Shown: piece after piece, positions 1 to 12,009 of the stretch | Numbering within the stretch: position 1 is the stretch's first letter | Layout of the letters: each line of letters starts with the position of its first letter | DNA from: Eledone cirrhosa | Lineage: Eukaryota | NCBI GenBank assembly: GCA_964016885.1 | Contig: OZ024740.1 | Coordinates: 126,728,001-126,792,000, forward strand | DNA length: 64,000 nucleotides | Direction: 5' to 3' | The notes under the pieces: model-generated | The model's input: the letters and a program-made list of their open reading frames with translations, nothing else | Databases searched by the model: none | Told to the model about the DNA's origin: nothing | Position numbers and translations under genes: made by a program

Positions 1-2
1 GG

Positions 3-1591
3 CTTATTAACCCAACGAAGTCCGACATAGGGAGAATCAGCAAAAAAATCCTAGACCGCGTGATACCAAAAGTCAAGCAACACACCCGACTTAGCCTATG
101 GATCAACACCCAGGAAGTAATCTCCTGGTTCAGCAATATGGAGGATAAACGAGAAACTAAATTCATACAGTTCGACATAGAGAGCTACTATGCTTCAATC
201 ACCTTACCGCTACTTACTGCCGCCTTGGACTTCGCCGAAACACTTGTGCCCATCACCGACCAGGAAAGAAAAATCATCCTCCACGCCAGGAAGACAGTCT
301 TACTCTTTGACGACTCTAAATGGATAAAAAGAGCTCCCGACTCACCCTTCGACGTCAGCATGGGCGCCACGGATTCGGCGGAGGTCACAGATCTTATAGG
401 ATTATTCCTAATAGCCAAACTCACTGATATGTTTCCTGCATTCGGTGGTGGATTGTACCGTGATGATGGGCTCCTTACCCTTAAAGGGTACAACCCCAGT
501 AGTACAGATCGGGTCCGGAAACAATTAATCAGATTCTTCCGCGACTGGGGATTTAAAATAACCCTACAAACGTCCATGACCAGAGTAAACTTCCTGGACG
601 TGACCCTCGACCTCGAAAACGACCTGTACTACCCATACAGGAAACCTAATGACAATCTGCACTACATCCACCGCCGATCAAACCATCCTAGGAACATCAC
701 AAACAACCTGGTCAAAAACATCTCCCTCCGCATATCCCGTTTGTCAGCTAATGAGCGGATATTCGATGAACATGCGCCTTATTACAACAGGCCCTCAAGC
801 GGAGTGGTTTCCGGGAGGAAATATCCTACTGTCCAGTTCCCATTAGCGGAACCAGCAGGAGACACCGCCGCTCACGCAATGTAACATGGTTCAATCCTCC
901 CCACAACGCAGAGGTGACAACTCCCATCGGGAAACTATTCTTTAGGCTCATTGAAAAACACTTCCCATTACAACACCGCTACCACAACATAATTAACAAA
1001 AATACCATCAAACTCTCTTACAGCACTACACCAAACTTCGCACAAAACATCGTCTCCTCTAACAACAAAAAACTCAACCCCGATGGCAGAAATAACCTAA
1101 ATAGCAGTGGAGAACCGACCAGGAGGTGTAACTGCCCGGATAGATCTATTTGCCCACTCGACAATAGATGCAGAGACCGTAATGTGATCTACCAGTGCAA
1201 CGTGAGGACGGATACCTCCAACAAAGCCTATATAGGACTTACCGCATGTGACTTCAAGACCCGGCTATACCAACATAGACATACCTTCCGAAACCCGGCC
1301 CGGCGTCACGCCACTACACTTTCGGGCCACATATGGGACCTCAAGGACAACAACATCACCTATGATCTCACTTGGAGATTACTGTCCAGAGCCAATTCTT
1401 ACACGGGAGGACGCCGTCCGTGCAATTTATGCTCGGAGCAAACGTTACAAATGCTGTTTTCGACGGACCAACTCCTAAACAAGAAAGATGAACTGGTTAC
1501 TGCATGTAAACATAGATTGCGTAGGACTTACCTCGCCCTCAAACCCCATAATGACCCGGGTGGGGGGGGGGGGGGTAGACTAGGGCTATAA
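3..1591 (+). pseudogene. PLE reverse transcriptase + GIY-YIG endonuclease ORF with one frameshift near 790
   Basis: ORFs 60..884 and 914..1591 join if one base is restored at ~790 (YYNR-ALKRSGF...RSRNVTWFNPP). Confidence 0.9.
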
Positions 1592-2717
1592 CACCCCACT
1601 TGCCGATTTTGCAATGGGTAACCCCTGCTTGCCAAGGGAGACGTAAGATCTTCTTTGTATTATTTTATCGCTTCCTTTATTTCCTTCCTTCCCCCCTCTC
1701 TCCTTAGTCCTTCTACCCCAGCTCTTCTCCTTTGTCGGCGTCTTTTCTCGCCCACCCGAGGCTGCCCTTTGGCCCCTTGTAGCCTTAGTACCCCCACCCC
1801 CTCCCCTAGTCTAGGATAGATTTGGCGGACTCCGCCCTTTATAGCAGTTGGTTTGGACCCCGGATACTTGTCCCCTTTTTCCGACCGCTCCCACTATTCT
1901 CTGTGCCCTCTATATTTCTTAGTGGCACTTATGCCTTATTTTTTCGTTTCAGTATTTCTTTCTTCGCTTTTCTTTTGGGCGGGGTGGATTCTGAATTTAT
2001 TCTTCCGTATTCTACCTTTACTTCGTACGAACTTTCATGTAGCTTGTTTTAGATCTTTTAGAGTTAGCATTAGTATATATTTTTCTCGGGACTCAGAATT
2101 ATTATCTCGTATTAGTTCACTTTGCTGCACTGGGTGGTTGCTGGAATTGTGCCCGGGATGGAAACCTTTATTGTTTATTTCGTGGTAGTCTCTTTAGTAT
2201 TTTGGCCCCTTTTGTTGACCCGTCACCGTATCATTTACGTACTTATACCTCTTAAAAGGGTCCTCGCCTATACCGTCCCACCTAGTTCTTTTACTTATTT
2301 CGTTATTTCTTTATTTCTTTCTTTACTTCTTTCTTTCTTTATTTATTTATTTTTTCTAGCCTAACAATAGCCTGAGACCTAGGTCGTAGAATTTAATTTA
2401 CTTTACTTTTTTCTTTACACTCATTTGTTTTTCTTTACACTTATTTGCTTTTCTTCACTCTCAGTATTTTTTCTTTCCTATATATTTCTACCCCCCATTG
2501 TTCTACCTACCGTTCCGACTTCCTCCCCCTCCCCCTCCCCTGTATCTTCTTTGACCTCATGCCCAGCTGTAGCTGGCACTACAAACGCTTGATTGGGGCT
2601 ACTCCACCCCCTCCCCTCTTTCTCCTACTGGCAGGTTTAGCCACCATCTCCCCTACTAATTTGCAACCACAGAATTACTACTGATTTTTGACAATCACTT
2701 TGACCATATATGGAATT

Positions 2718-2811
2718 ACCCCTTGAGAAGATCGGCTATTTAAATACCAGGATAAATTTTCATTTAGTCCAGAATTAGCCGTCGAAACGGCTTGAGCTCA
2801 GCTGTCGGGGT
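2718..2811 (+). ncRNA. Type I hammerhead ribozyme motif, U3-A8 core variant (family A)
   Basis: ACCCC TTGAGAA GA(T)CGGCTA..TAGCCGTC GAAA CGGCT tgagctc AGCTG TC GGGGT; stems I, II, III pair; GUC cleavage triplet. Confidence 0.8.
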
Positions 2812-2839
2812 CTTACTGGTTCCTATATATATATATATA

Positions 2840-4360
2840 TAAAGGATAACAAAATATCGTTAGAGGTTGTGAATACTTCTTATTATGGACACTTTTAGCG
2901 TACGGCCTGCTTGACTCAACAAAAGGTTTACGTAGATGATGAGTTTACGATATCACTTGTATTCCTATGTAAGTTTATCTTGGAGTAATAAAATTGAAAA
3001 AGGGAGATATATACAGTAAATAAAGAAAGGAAAGGAAGGAAAGAAGAAGAAGGCAAAAGGAGAAAGTAAAAGAGAAAGAAGATGAAAATGAGAAATTATT
3101 GTAGATAGAAATATAAAGAGAGGAAGATATATAGAAGATGATGTTGTATATACGAGAGACAAACGTAAATAAGAATAAACGTATGATAAAGAGAAGAGAA
3201 GAAGGATACAGGGACAAATAGATGAATAACGTTAATGCATGAATAAATGTAAATGAAAATAGGTATATAAAAAATATATATATGAAAAAAGGGTGAAAAT
3301 ATGATAACGTTACATATATTTATGTGTGTATTGGTTATTTTAATAAATAAATAATTTAATTAGTTTTAACTTATATTATATGATGAAATAGAATGACAGA
3401 GATGAGATAAATTTAGGGAGAGAGATATTAATATTAAGAGTGAAAATATATATATATAAAATAAGAATGTAAATATAAGAGGTGTTGATGTTGTTCTTTG
3501 ATAGATGATGACAATTATAATTATAATTATAATTATAATGATGATGCTGTTGATAATGTGATATAATAATAGATCTAAGTGGTACAATCTGGGTTATGGA
3601 ATAGATAAGATGGAATTAAACTGGTCTAAAGTTCTCAAATTTAGTTGCCGATTTATGTCGATAAAAATGTTTTTTTCAATTTTACTGTTAAGAAGAATGT
3701 TGTAATTTAAAATTTGAAAAAGTTCCATATTACAGAGATCGCAGTGGGGCATGCCAATGTGATAGCTTTGTCCAGCTGATTTTATATTCCATGTTTGCAT
3801 CTTTAAGTTGGCAGACTTTATTGGCGAGTGTCTTTGTCTTTGAGAGATGCCTGTTAGTTATAGAGTGTCTATGCAAGTACCACCTTTTCTTAAACTCCCC
3901 AGCTGTGGAACCAATGTAATGCCATGCTAAGCTACCTGAATTTGTAGTACATAGGTATACTATATTTGTTTCTAGGCAGCATCTGTTTTGTAAAGGGTAT
4001 TTGTCAGGTAGATGGCAGTTACATTTAGATGCTTTTCTATGCAGCGGTTCTTCTATATCGTTTTGTTGGTTGCTATGTATGGGCTGGGAATTGGGTTTGT
4101 TGATGTATTGTGGTGATGTGCTTTGACGTGTGTTTGGTTGTGATGATGTTATATGCTTATGTTTTGTATTTGGTGTTATGGTACTTATTTGTGGGCTACG
4201 TGTATTATAAATTCTTTTATAGTTAATTTTTTCTTCTTCTTTTTTCTTCCTTTCCTTTCTTTCTTTACTGTATCTATCTTCCTTTCTTCCTCCTTTTCTC
4301 TCTATATCTTTATTATTAATATTATTATTGATGATGTAATTTGAACTTGTAAATTTTCCG
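2840..4360 (-). mobile_element. Decayed PLE 3' fragment (GIY-YIG remnant + 3' UTR)
   Basis: ORF 3594..3800 (TWNI...CDLCNME...LLNSK) and upstream CxCx5 PL-like and YIG remnants around 3900-4030. Confidence 0.65.
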
Positions 4361-4545
4361 GATACATATATATGTTTTGAACAGTTTCCGATGATCTAGT
4401 AGAGTTAACATCGTATGTATAATTGAGTGGCACTGTATTTAGTGTTCAGACATTTTTAGACAACTCTATCAGTGAAACAATTCTTAGACTGCAAATAAAT
4501 CCCCTTTTGTGTACTGTTGACAATGTTATTCTCCACATTTCCAAT

Positions 4546-4638
<93 letters not shown>

Positions 4639-4660
4639 ATGTATATACATATATATATAG
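4546..4660. repeat. (TA)n/(TG)n microsatellite
   Basis: Direct reading. Confidence 0.95.
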
Positions 4661-6439
4661 AAATGAACCGACACGATGAATATTACATCTCCCACCAGAA
4701 ATTATTAATCAAATCAAACTAGATTCAAATCACCACCAATCATATTACTAACAGTCGGTTATCAGATAACGCAAGCAAAATATTATTATGCAAAGATATA
4801 ATCATAAGATCTGATGAAATTTGTTTTGTGCCTAATTTTCTTTCTTTCCAACATAATAATCGTCCTTCCCTTTAGAATGTGAAGTGGGGAAAAACAATAT
4901 TTTTTCAAGAGAAATAATAATGGTAATGATACACATAACACTGCGTTAGTTTTAAAATACTTATCAATTACTGCAATGTCAATGAAAGTAAACTCGGTTT
5001 ATAATTATATATCCAGATTGTAGTGTCTAAACTCTCGTTTATTGTAGATGATATGCGTAGCACTGTTCGGAAGTCTACATAGTTTCAATTCCCTCTGCGC
5101 AAAGAGTCCTATACCCATCGAGGCTACGGTAGCAGCAGAAACCCCTTGACGCTGAGCACGTGCAAATGGTGATGTGTCTTTGTTGAAGCGGATTTATTCG
5201 TTCATGAACCAGTCAAGATTGTGTATCGGCAATTTCATCGGATACTCTAATACTTTATGGCACATAAAGCCATACATTATATAAGAGATGATTGGAGTGT
5301 ATGAGCGACGATCTCATCGAAGTTTTTATATGCAAAGATGATTATCAATTTCAATTTAACAATATTTTCTAGATGAATATCCTCCCGAGGAATATGAACT
5401 ACTGGGAGTAATACCTAGCCAAACAACGTACAATTTGGTATTTGAGGTTCCGGTAAAATTTATGGAATTATCGTTTTCGGTGTTTCTATTAGTTGCGTCC
5501 GGATGTTTCGTCTCTAAGCATCGCTGACTTGTGAAAATATGTCCAACAACCGTTGTCGCTTATAGAATGGATTTGGCTATGAACCCAATCAGATCGTAAG
5601 GTTCACTCTTCTTCGAGAAGCGTAGGGAGTGTTTACAACATGCAGGTGTTGTTGAAATAATTTGCATGGTTAATATCATTGAAAGGACTTAAAATCGAAC
5701 CATTTCTCTTCCGCACGATCACCCTCATCGACTTGATAAGATGAAATTGAAATGAAGGAGGAATGCTACGGCTAAAAGGTGTGAGCTAGAGGCGTGTTCA
5801 GTCGGAATGAATGGGCTTGCTCTCAGCATGTGGTCTTGTGTTAAATAATGCATCTGAGAATGTACTTGCTTATGGCATTAAGGCAAATCCGGAATCTGTG
5901 GGAGTTCTGTATCTAATCAAAGAAAGATATTTCCATTTTCAGAAGCTTCATTGTATCTTCTTTTATACTGGGGTATTTTCATTATCTAATCTCTGTAAAC
6001 CCACACGAGTTTTCTTATTAATGCCCCCTCAACCTTTGTGCAGCTTGAAAAAAAAAGTTATTTTTATTGTTTCGTCACTCAGCTTCTAAAGCCAGAGTTG
6101 TATTACGGTGCTAGCTTCTCACAACCAGTGAACTGTGATAAAAACCCTTATTTTTCGGGTGCCCTCTGGAGTATTCTAGTTGCTCCAAGCAATGCTCTTT
6201 TGGTAGGTGTTCCATCCGTATCGCAATCCTTATTTCTTTCATGTACTTTTCACAATTTCTACTCAATTTTACCGAGACTCCATCAACTATTGGTATTACC
6301 ACCACTTTTTTCAGTGACCTTAACTGTTTAATCTCCTGGGTTGAGCTTTTCTAAGCTCAACCCAGGAGCATCTGGGTGATGGTTGCATAATATTCCCTTC
6401 GTTTTCAGAGCATAAATCCAGAAGATTACGCAGTGCAAA

Positions 6440-7030
6440 TATTATCATACCTCGTATATTGTTATTATTAAGGACGATCTTCCTGGACCCAAGCTGTAAG
6501 TTTGTGGTCCTGGCCGTCAAAAATAGCGAAGGTATTGCCTTTAGAGTGTTCGTCGTCTACACCCGAGTCGGGGCCGGGCGGCAGGCTTTCTTTATGCGCC
6601 AGGAAACCTTTTTAGGAACGTCTCGCCATGTATTGATAGCGGGTGACTGTAACGGCATTTTAAACAAACACAGGGATTGGTTGGGCGTGGGGTGCAGAAG
6701 CGTCAAGTAGGTGATCAGCCAGTGCTAACTGTCTGACATGCACCAACTAGGATTAACAGGCGTGCCACTGCCAGTCTTGATAAAACCTCATAGTGCCATC
6801 TAGAAAGTATATAGATAGGGTTTTTTTTTCAGCAGATCGTCCTAGAAAGAATATGTTGGCTAGGAACTGGTACTGGGAGCCTAATCCTTCATTCCCAGAG
6901 CAGAAGGCCTGCAGCGACCAGTCCCCATTTTAGTTTATTGTAAATTGACAGATGGAGTCATCAACATCAGGTGATGGGGTGGCCTCAAGTGAGATATTAG
7001 AGTAATTTCAATAGATTAAATTAAGAGGGG
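6440..7030 (+). mobile_element. Decayed Tx1/L1-like LINE, APE endonuclease remnant
   Basis: ORF 6459..6710 with FRVFVVY and VLIAGDCNGIL (GDFN motif equivalent). Confidence 0.55.
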
Positions 7031-7200
7031 AGGGAACATGTGGACATGGTTGCATCGCAACATGTAAATCAGTTCGTATATATAAATATATATAATATAT
7101 TTATTAAAACAACAGATGAAAGTTTAAGCAAGGAATCGGTGCTTTCAGCCTTAACGGGATCTTCTGAAACTAAAAAAATCAATCTATGAACGCAGAAGCA

Positions 7201-7271
<71 letters not shown>

Positions 7272-7272
<1 letters not shown>

Positions 7273-9893
7273 TAGCAGTTTAGCCCGGCGTTGCTCGGGT
7301 TTGTTCATTTGTTATGAAAAGTTACATACAGGTAAACGTGGTTTGAAAGCGAATAAGCTTATCAATTAAGTGCATAAAGCAGTTGAACCGGTTATTAAAA
7401 GTTACGAACCAATTAGCATTTTGGTCAATCAATGATGGCTTAATAATCCTCCAATAGCGAATTTAGTAGACCAAAGTTGCAAGATGGTGGCCCTGATGCC
7501 GCTGGGTGTCAGATCTGTCCGCCATGGGATACCCTACCAGGAAATAGTGTTCCAGACGGCATAGCTCCAACACCTGCACCAACATCTATAGCACCTCTTT
7601 GTAGACGATATTGCGTGTCATCCCTTGAGGAGAGTAAGCAAAAAGTCCATTTCTGCTCCCTGTGCGGGAACAAGCAACATAAAGTTGGCCATGGGAGAAG
7701 CATGGCTCCTCCAAATGGATGCCCGCCACCGACAATGTTTGCCCTTGTGACTTGTTAATGGACATGGCAAAACATGGTCTCACCAGGAATTGGGATCGTC
7801 GGAAATAAAATGGGATATCTGACGCCGAGGGGAAAAGGTTCATCCTTGGAATGAAAACATTCTCCCCTCTTCCGCACCCCGTTACAATGGTGACCTCAAT
7901 CAAGTGGGTGTCAGTGACTTGACGACCATGCGAGTACCGTTGCACTGCTTTAGTGGACGCAAGTTCCTTATTAGCATAATGGGACAGCCAACCCTAAGCT
8001 TAATAATGTGAGGTGGGAGCCCTGGGGGCTCAAGGAGATTTAATAACTCAACCGGATAATTAACGATATCGTCGGGGTCTGATTTGAAGATGTGCTCTTT
8101 ACCGGGAATCTTCTCAATCAGCTGCTCGTTAATAAAATTAACCATGGTATTTTTTCGGAGCAAGAATGGCTCTTTCGCTGAGCCAATCGAGGTTTTTAAA
8201 GTTAGATGAGACATTAAAGGTCAGAAGGGCTGCTCACAATGTTGCACAGAGTGTCGATTGCTATGCCGCCCTTGTCATCCGCAGGGATCTTGCCCTCACC
8301 TAGTGCTAAAATGTTCTGTGCTGCAGACATGTTGTCACCACACGGTGCAAATGAGCACGCATATTTGTGCTCAGGTACAAACTATTCACCTGGATCCACA
8401 ACATGGACGACTTAAGACAGGCACGCACTTAATCAGCTCTTGTCTATTTGGGGATGACAGGCAGCGTTTTCCGAAAATCCCCTGATAGCAGAAGGGTTAC
8501 GCCACCTATAGGAGCCGTAGAATCCTTAATGTCTTTCCGGGCCCTGTCCAATGCCTCGAGGGCACCCTTGTGTGCCATTGTGCACTCATCCCAAACAATG
8601 AGGCAACATCTTTTGAGAACCAGAGCTTTGTGTGAACTCTTGCTGATATTGCATGTTGGTGTCTCAGTTTTTACTAAATCCAAAGGGAGTTTAAAGGTTG
8701 AATGTGCTGTCCTGCCACCCGGCAGCAAAGTAGCAGCGATCCCGGACGATGCAACGGACAACGCAACTTTTTCTCCTGACGAATCTTAGCGAGAATCAAA
8801 TTCGTTACAAAAGTTTTTCCGGTACCCCCAGGAGCGTTTTTTATTGGGGGGATCCGGTTTTTTTTTTTTGACCTTGAGGTATAACCAGTCAGTAGTTCCT
8901 TCAAACGCTCTGGAGGTTCCGGAAGAGGGGGCAAGGTGACGTTACCGTTTAAGCAGCACATTGCAGGTGGCTCCCCAGCCCACTTTGTAGCATTGCAGAA
9001 TTAGCAATTGAAGCGCATCTCGCCTATATTTATGTCAGAGCGCATCGAGTAATTAACGTTTTGCTCATACCTGAAAGCCCGTAGGTGCCAGTAAGGGCTG
9101 TTGGGGCTCGTCACACCGCATGCAGCTTCTCGCCGTCGACTGTTACGCTTGAACGTAGAACATTGGTCGTGTGGTTGGTGGGAAGGTCTGGCAGCAATAG
9201 CAGAAGCAACATTTGCAATGTTAATGGACCGCCCGTCTGCATCTTCAGAAGCCATGGAAGTAGTCATAGCCGCAGCGTCCGTAGAAACTTTCAGCGGCTC
9301 GACATTCTGCTGAACGTAAGGCTGTCTGTGAAAGTATTGAAGCATTTTCCTCAGAGGACTCGTTTGCTATAGTAGCCTTTTGCGCCACTGCTGACGCGGT
9401 ATGTCGACTGAGGCGACTTCTCTTTTTAGGTGGCATTTTATGTCCAAAAGAAAGGGTGAAAGTTACTTCTACAGAAAAATTGACTTTGAAAGTCTACTGT
9501 CTGTTTATGAATATTGTTATTGTTGTTGTGATACAAATGTTAGTAAGTAAATGGGTATCGAAAAATAAAGGGTGAAAGTTACTTCAACATAAAAATTGAC
9601 TTGGAAAGTATAAGGCTGATAATTGAATGTAAAAAGATTGATAAGAAAGCCCCCCCCCCCCAAAAAAAAAAGAAATGTACAGGTATTTGTATGTATGTGT
9701 GTATTTTTATGTCGAAAAGAAAGGGTTAAAGTTACTTCTACAGAAAAATATAGTTTGAAAGTGTAAGGCCGATGTGTGTGTAAATTAAGTGACAGGTATT
9801 TGTATGTATGTGTGTATATGTATGTGTGTGTGTATGAAAGTGTAAGGCCGATGTGTGTGTAAATTAAGTGACAGGTATGTGTATGTATGTGTG

Positions 9894-9925
<32 letters not shown>

Positions 9926-10633
9926 TGTATGTATGTATGTATGTATGTATGTATGTATGTATGTATGTATGTATGTATTAAAGGTTGAAAGTTACTTCAA
10001 CATAAAAATTGACTTTGAAAGTATAAGGCTGATAATTGAATGTAAAAAGATTGATAAGAAAGGCCCCAAAAAAAATTTACAGGTATTTGTATGTATGTGT
10101 GTATTTTTATGTCGAAAATAATGGGTTAAAGTTACTTATACAGAAACATTTAGTTTGAAAGTGTAAGGCCGATCTCTTTATCATTATATGCTATTGTTAT
10201 TTCTAAAACAAACTGTGTGTGCGTTGATTGATTGAAATTCCCGCGTTCCTGTTTCTATGACGTCAATCGTAACCATACCAACATATATGTGTGTGTATGC
10301 ACCCACATATATGTGTGTATATGTTTTTTTTTTCAATGGTTCTCTTTTTCACAAACACTTATAAGAGAAGGTAGCAATTTTAAGGGGAGGTGATGAATGG
10401 GAGTAGATATAGGAAACGTATACCATATGAGAGAAGCGAAATCATCGGTTGTTGAAATAAATCGATTTTTTCGTAATTGTGGCATTTTTTAGCCAATAAG
10501 ATCGCCCATGACCCAAGTTAGAATGTTTGTAAACATTCTGCTTAATTATCCATTCAATATTTTTGGAATTGTGTAAATGTATAAAATTGAAACATACATA
10601 CAGACACAAAAATCTGCCTTTTATAGATAATGA
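7272..10633 (-). mobile_element. Internally deleted Helitron with both termini
   Basis: Minus-strand 5' TC at 10633 preceded by A; 3' hairpin CCCG-AGCAACGC-CGGG then CTAG at 7272 followed by T; PIF1 helicase fragments inside. Confidence 0.88.
7586..9436 (-). pseudogene. Fragmented Helitron RepHel ORF (N-terminus fused by deletion to PIF1-like helicase)
   Basis: MPPKKR start; MCCLNGNVTLP; APGGTGKTF (Walker A); GGRTAHSTFKLP; IVWDE; LLSGDFR; FAMSINKSQGQT; FSHGQLYVACSR; the HUH Rep domain is missing. Confidence 0.9.
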
Positions 10634-10698
10634 TATATATATATATATAATAAATGATATTATTAAATAAAAGGAAACTGTATTTATAAAACCATATT

Positions 10699-10763
10699 TA
10701 TTTTATTATATATATTTCAAGGGCAACCAAGTCAACATTGGTACGCTTTCATCAGATAAAATA
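10699..10763 (-). ncRNA. Type I hammerhead motif (family B), in an inverted pair with a damaged + strand copy at 10843-10900
   Basis: Minus strand TATTTTAT CTGATGA AAG..ACCAA..TTGGT..CTT GAAA TATATA TA ATAAAATA; 8-bp stem I. Confidence 0.75.
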
Positions 10764-10891
10764 CAAAGTGAATTTCCAGGGAATTTTCAACCGATAACGT
10801 ATGATTTTCATGGGTATGTCTCTATTTATAAAACAAACTTTGTATTTTATTTGATGAAAGCGTACCAATGTTGTCTTGGTTGCTCTTGAAA

Positions 10892-11950
10892 TCTATATAT
10901 ATAAAACTGAGGATGTCTGTCTGTGTGTGTGTGAGTTTGAATCCCTAAAACTCGAGAATCACAAAACCGACTGTTTTCAAACATTACACATGTAATACTT
11001 ATGCTTCAGACAGTGTTCTGAGTAAAAACAATTTCAAATTTTCAATGCCCTAGGGACCGCATTAGGCGATTTAACGATCTTTCTCTATAATTATTAGTCT
11101 TTCTCATTTTAGGTAGATACATACATATAACGTCGCGCCCTTATAATATCTGTCTGTATGTCTGATGTCTGCATTACGTCACTTCCCTGAGGATGTGTGT
11201 CTGTGTGTGTGTGTGCGAATGTGTGTGTGTCTGTGACTTTGAATCCCTAAAACTCGAGAGTACCCAACCGACTCTTTTCAAACTTTACATGTGTATTACT
11301 TATGTTTCAGGTAGTGTTATGAACATACACAAATTTAACTTTTTGATTAGGTGAAAAACTTCATTTTTTCAGCTTTTAGTGCTTATAATATATTTACATT
11401 TACATTTTGTTTTACTAAATATATTTATATTTACATTTTGTTTTACTAAAGACACACAATATGTTTATGGATACACATTTAGAAAGCTGTAGCTATGCAA
11501 AACACCCTCTGGTGTTGTCCAGCAAAAGCAGGGGGACTGCCGTCAATGCATTCCTAACTTAACTGGTTCTCATCAGGATGATCCTTCCCTCGCTTGCGAC
11601 TGCTGTGCTTGAAAACAGGCGAGAATATATGGTTTTCTCGTCTGTGTAAATAAGGTATTTTACTTATTTGCATATGAAGCTGCGTAAGCTGGCTCGACTT
11701 ATTATAGAATATAATTAGGATTTAGCTTCATGCTTAGCTGTACACAGATATGTATTGAAATTTCGTCTTTCTAAAGAAATACGGTATGTTTACGATAAAC
11801 ATTTAGAAAGCCGTAGCTATGCAAAACACTGGGTCTATCACCCTCTGCTGGTGTCGAGCAGAAGCAGGGGGCACAACCGTCATTGCATTTCAAACTTAAC
11901 TGGTACCCATCAGGACAATCCCTCCCTCATTTGCGACTGCTGGGCATGAA

Positions 11951-11955
<5 letters not shown>
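10892..11955 (+). mobile_element. Probable non-autonomous Helitron 5' portion with internal duplications
   Basis: Starts A|TCTATATATATAAAA; ~10907-11040 repeated at ~11187-11340 and ~11455-11615 at ~11785-11953; no 3' CTAG end seen. Confidence 0.5.
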
Positions 11956-11998
<43 letters not shown>

Positions 11999-12009
11999 CA
12001 GATAGATAG

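Larger units (their letters stand above)
1..2824 (+). mobile_element. Penelope-like retroelement (Naiad-type), 5' part outside window: RT-GIY-YIG ORF, long pyrimidine-rich 3' UTR, terminal hammerhead, ends in (TA)n
   Basis: Motifs LINPTKSDIGRISK, FDIESYY, GLYRDDG, VNFLDVTLDL, YIHRRSNHP, WFNPP, CNCx5CPLx3C, VIY...YIG, CNLC; hammerhead at 2718-2811. Confidence 0.93.
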
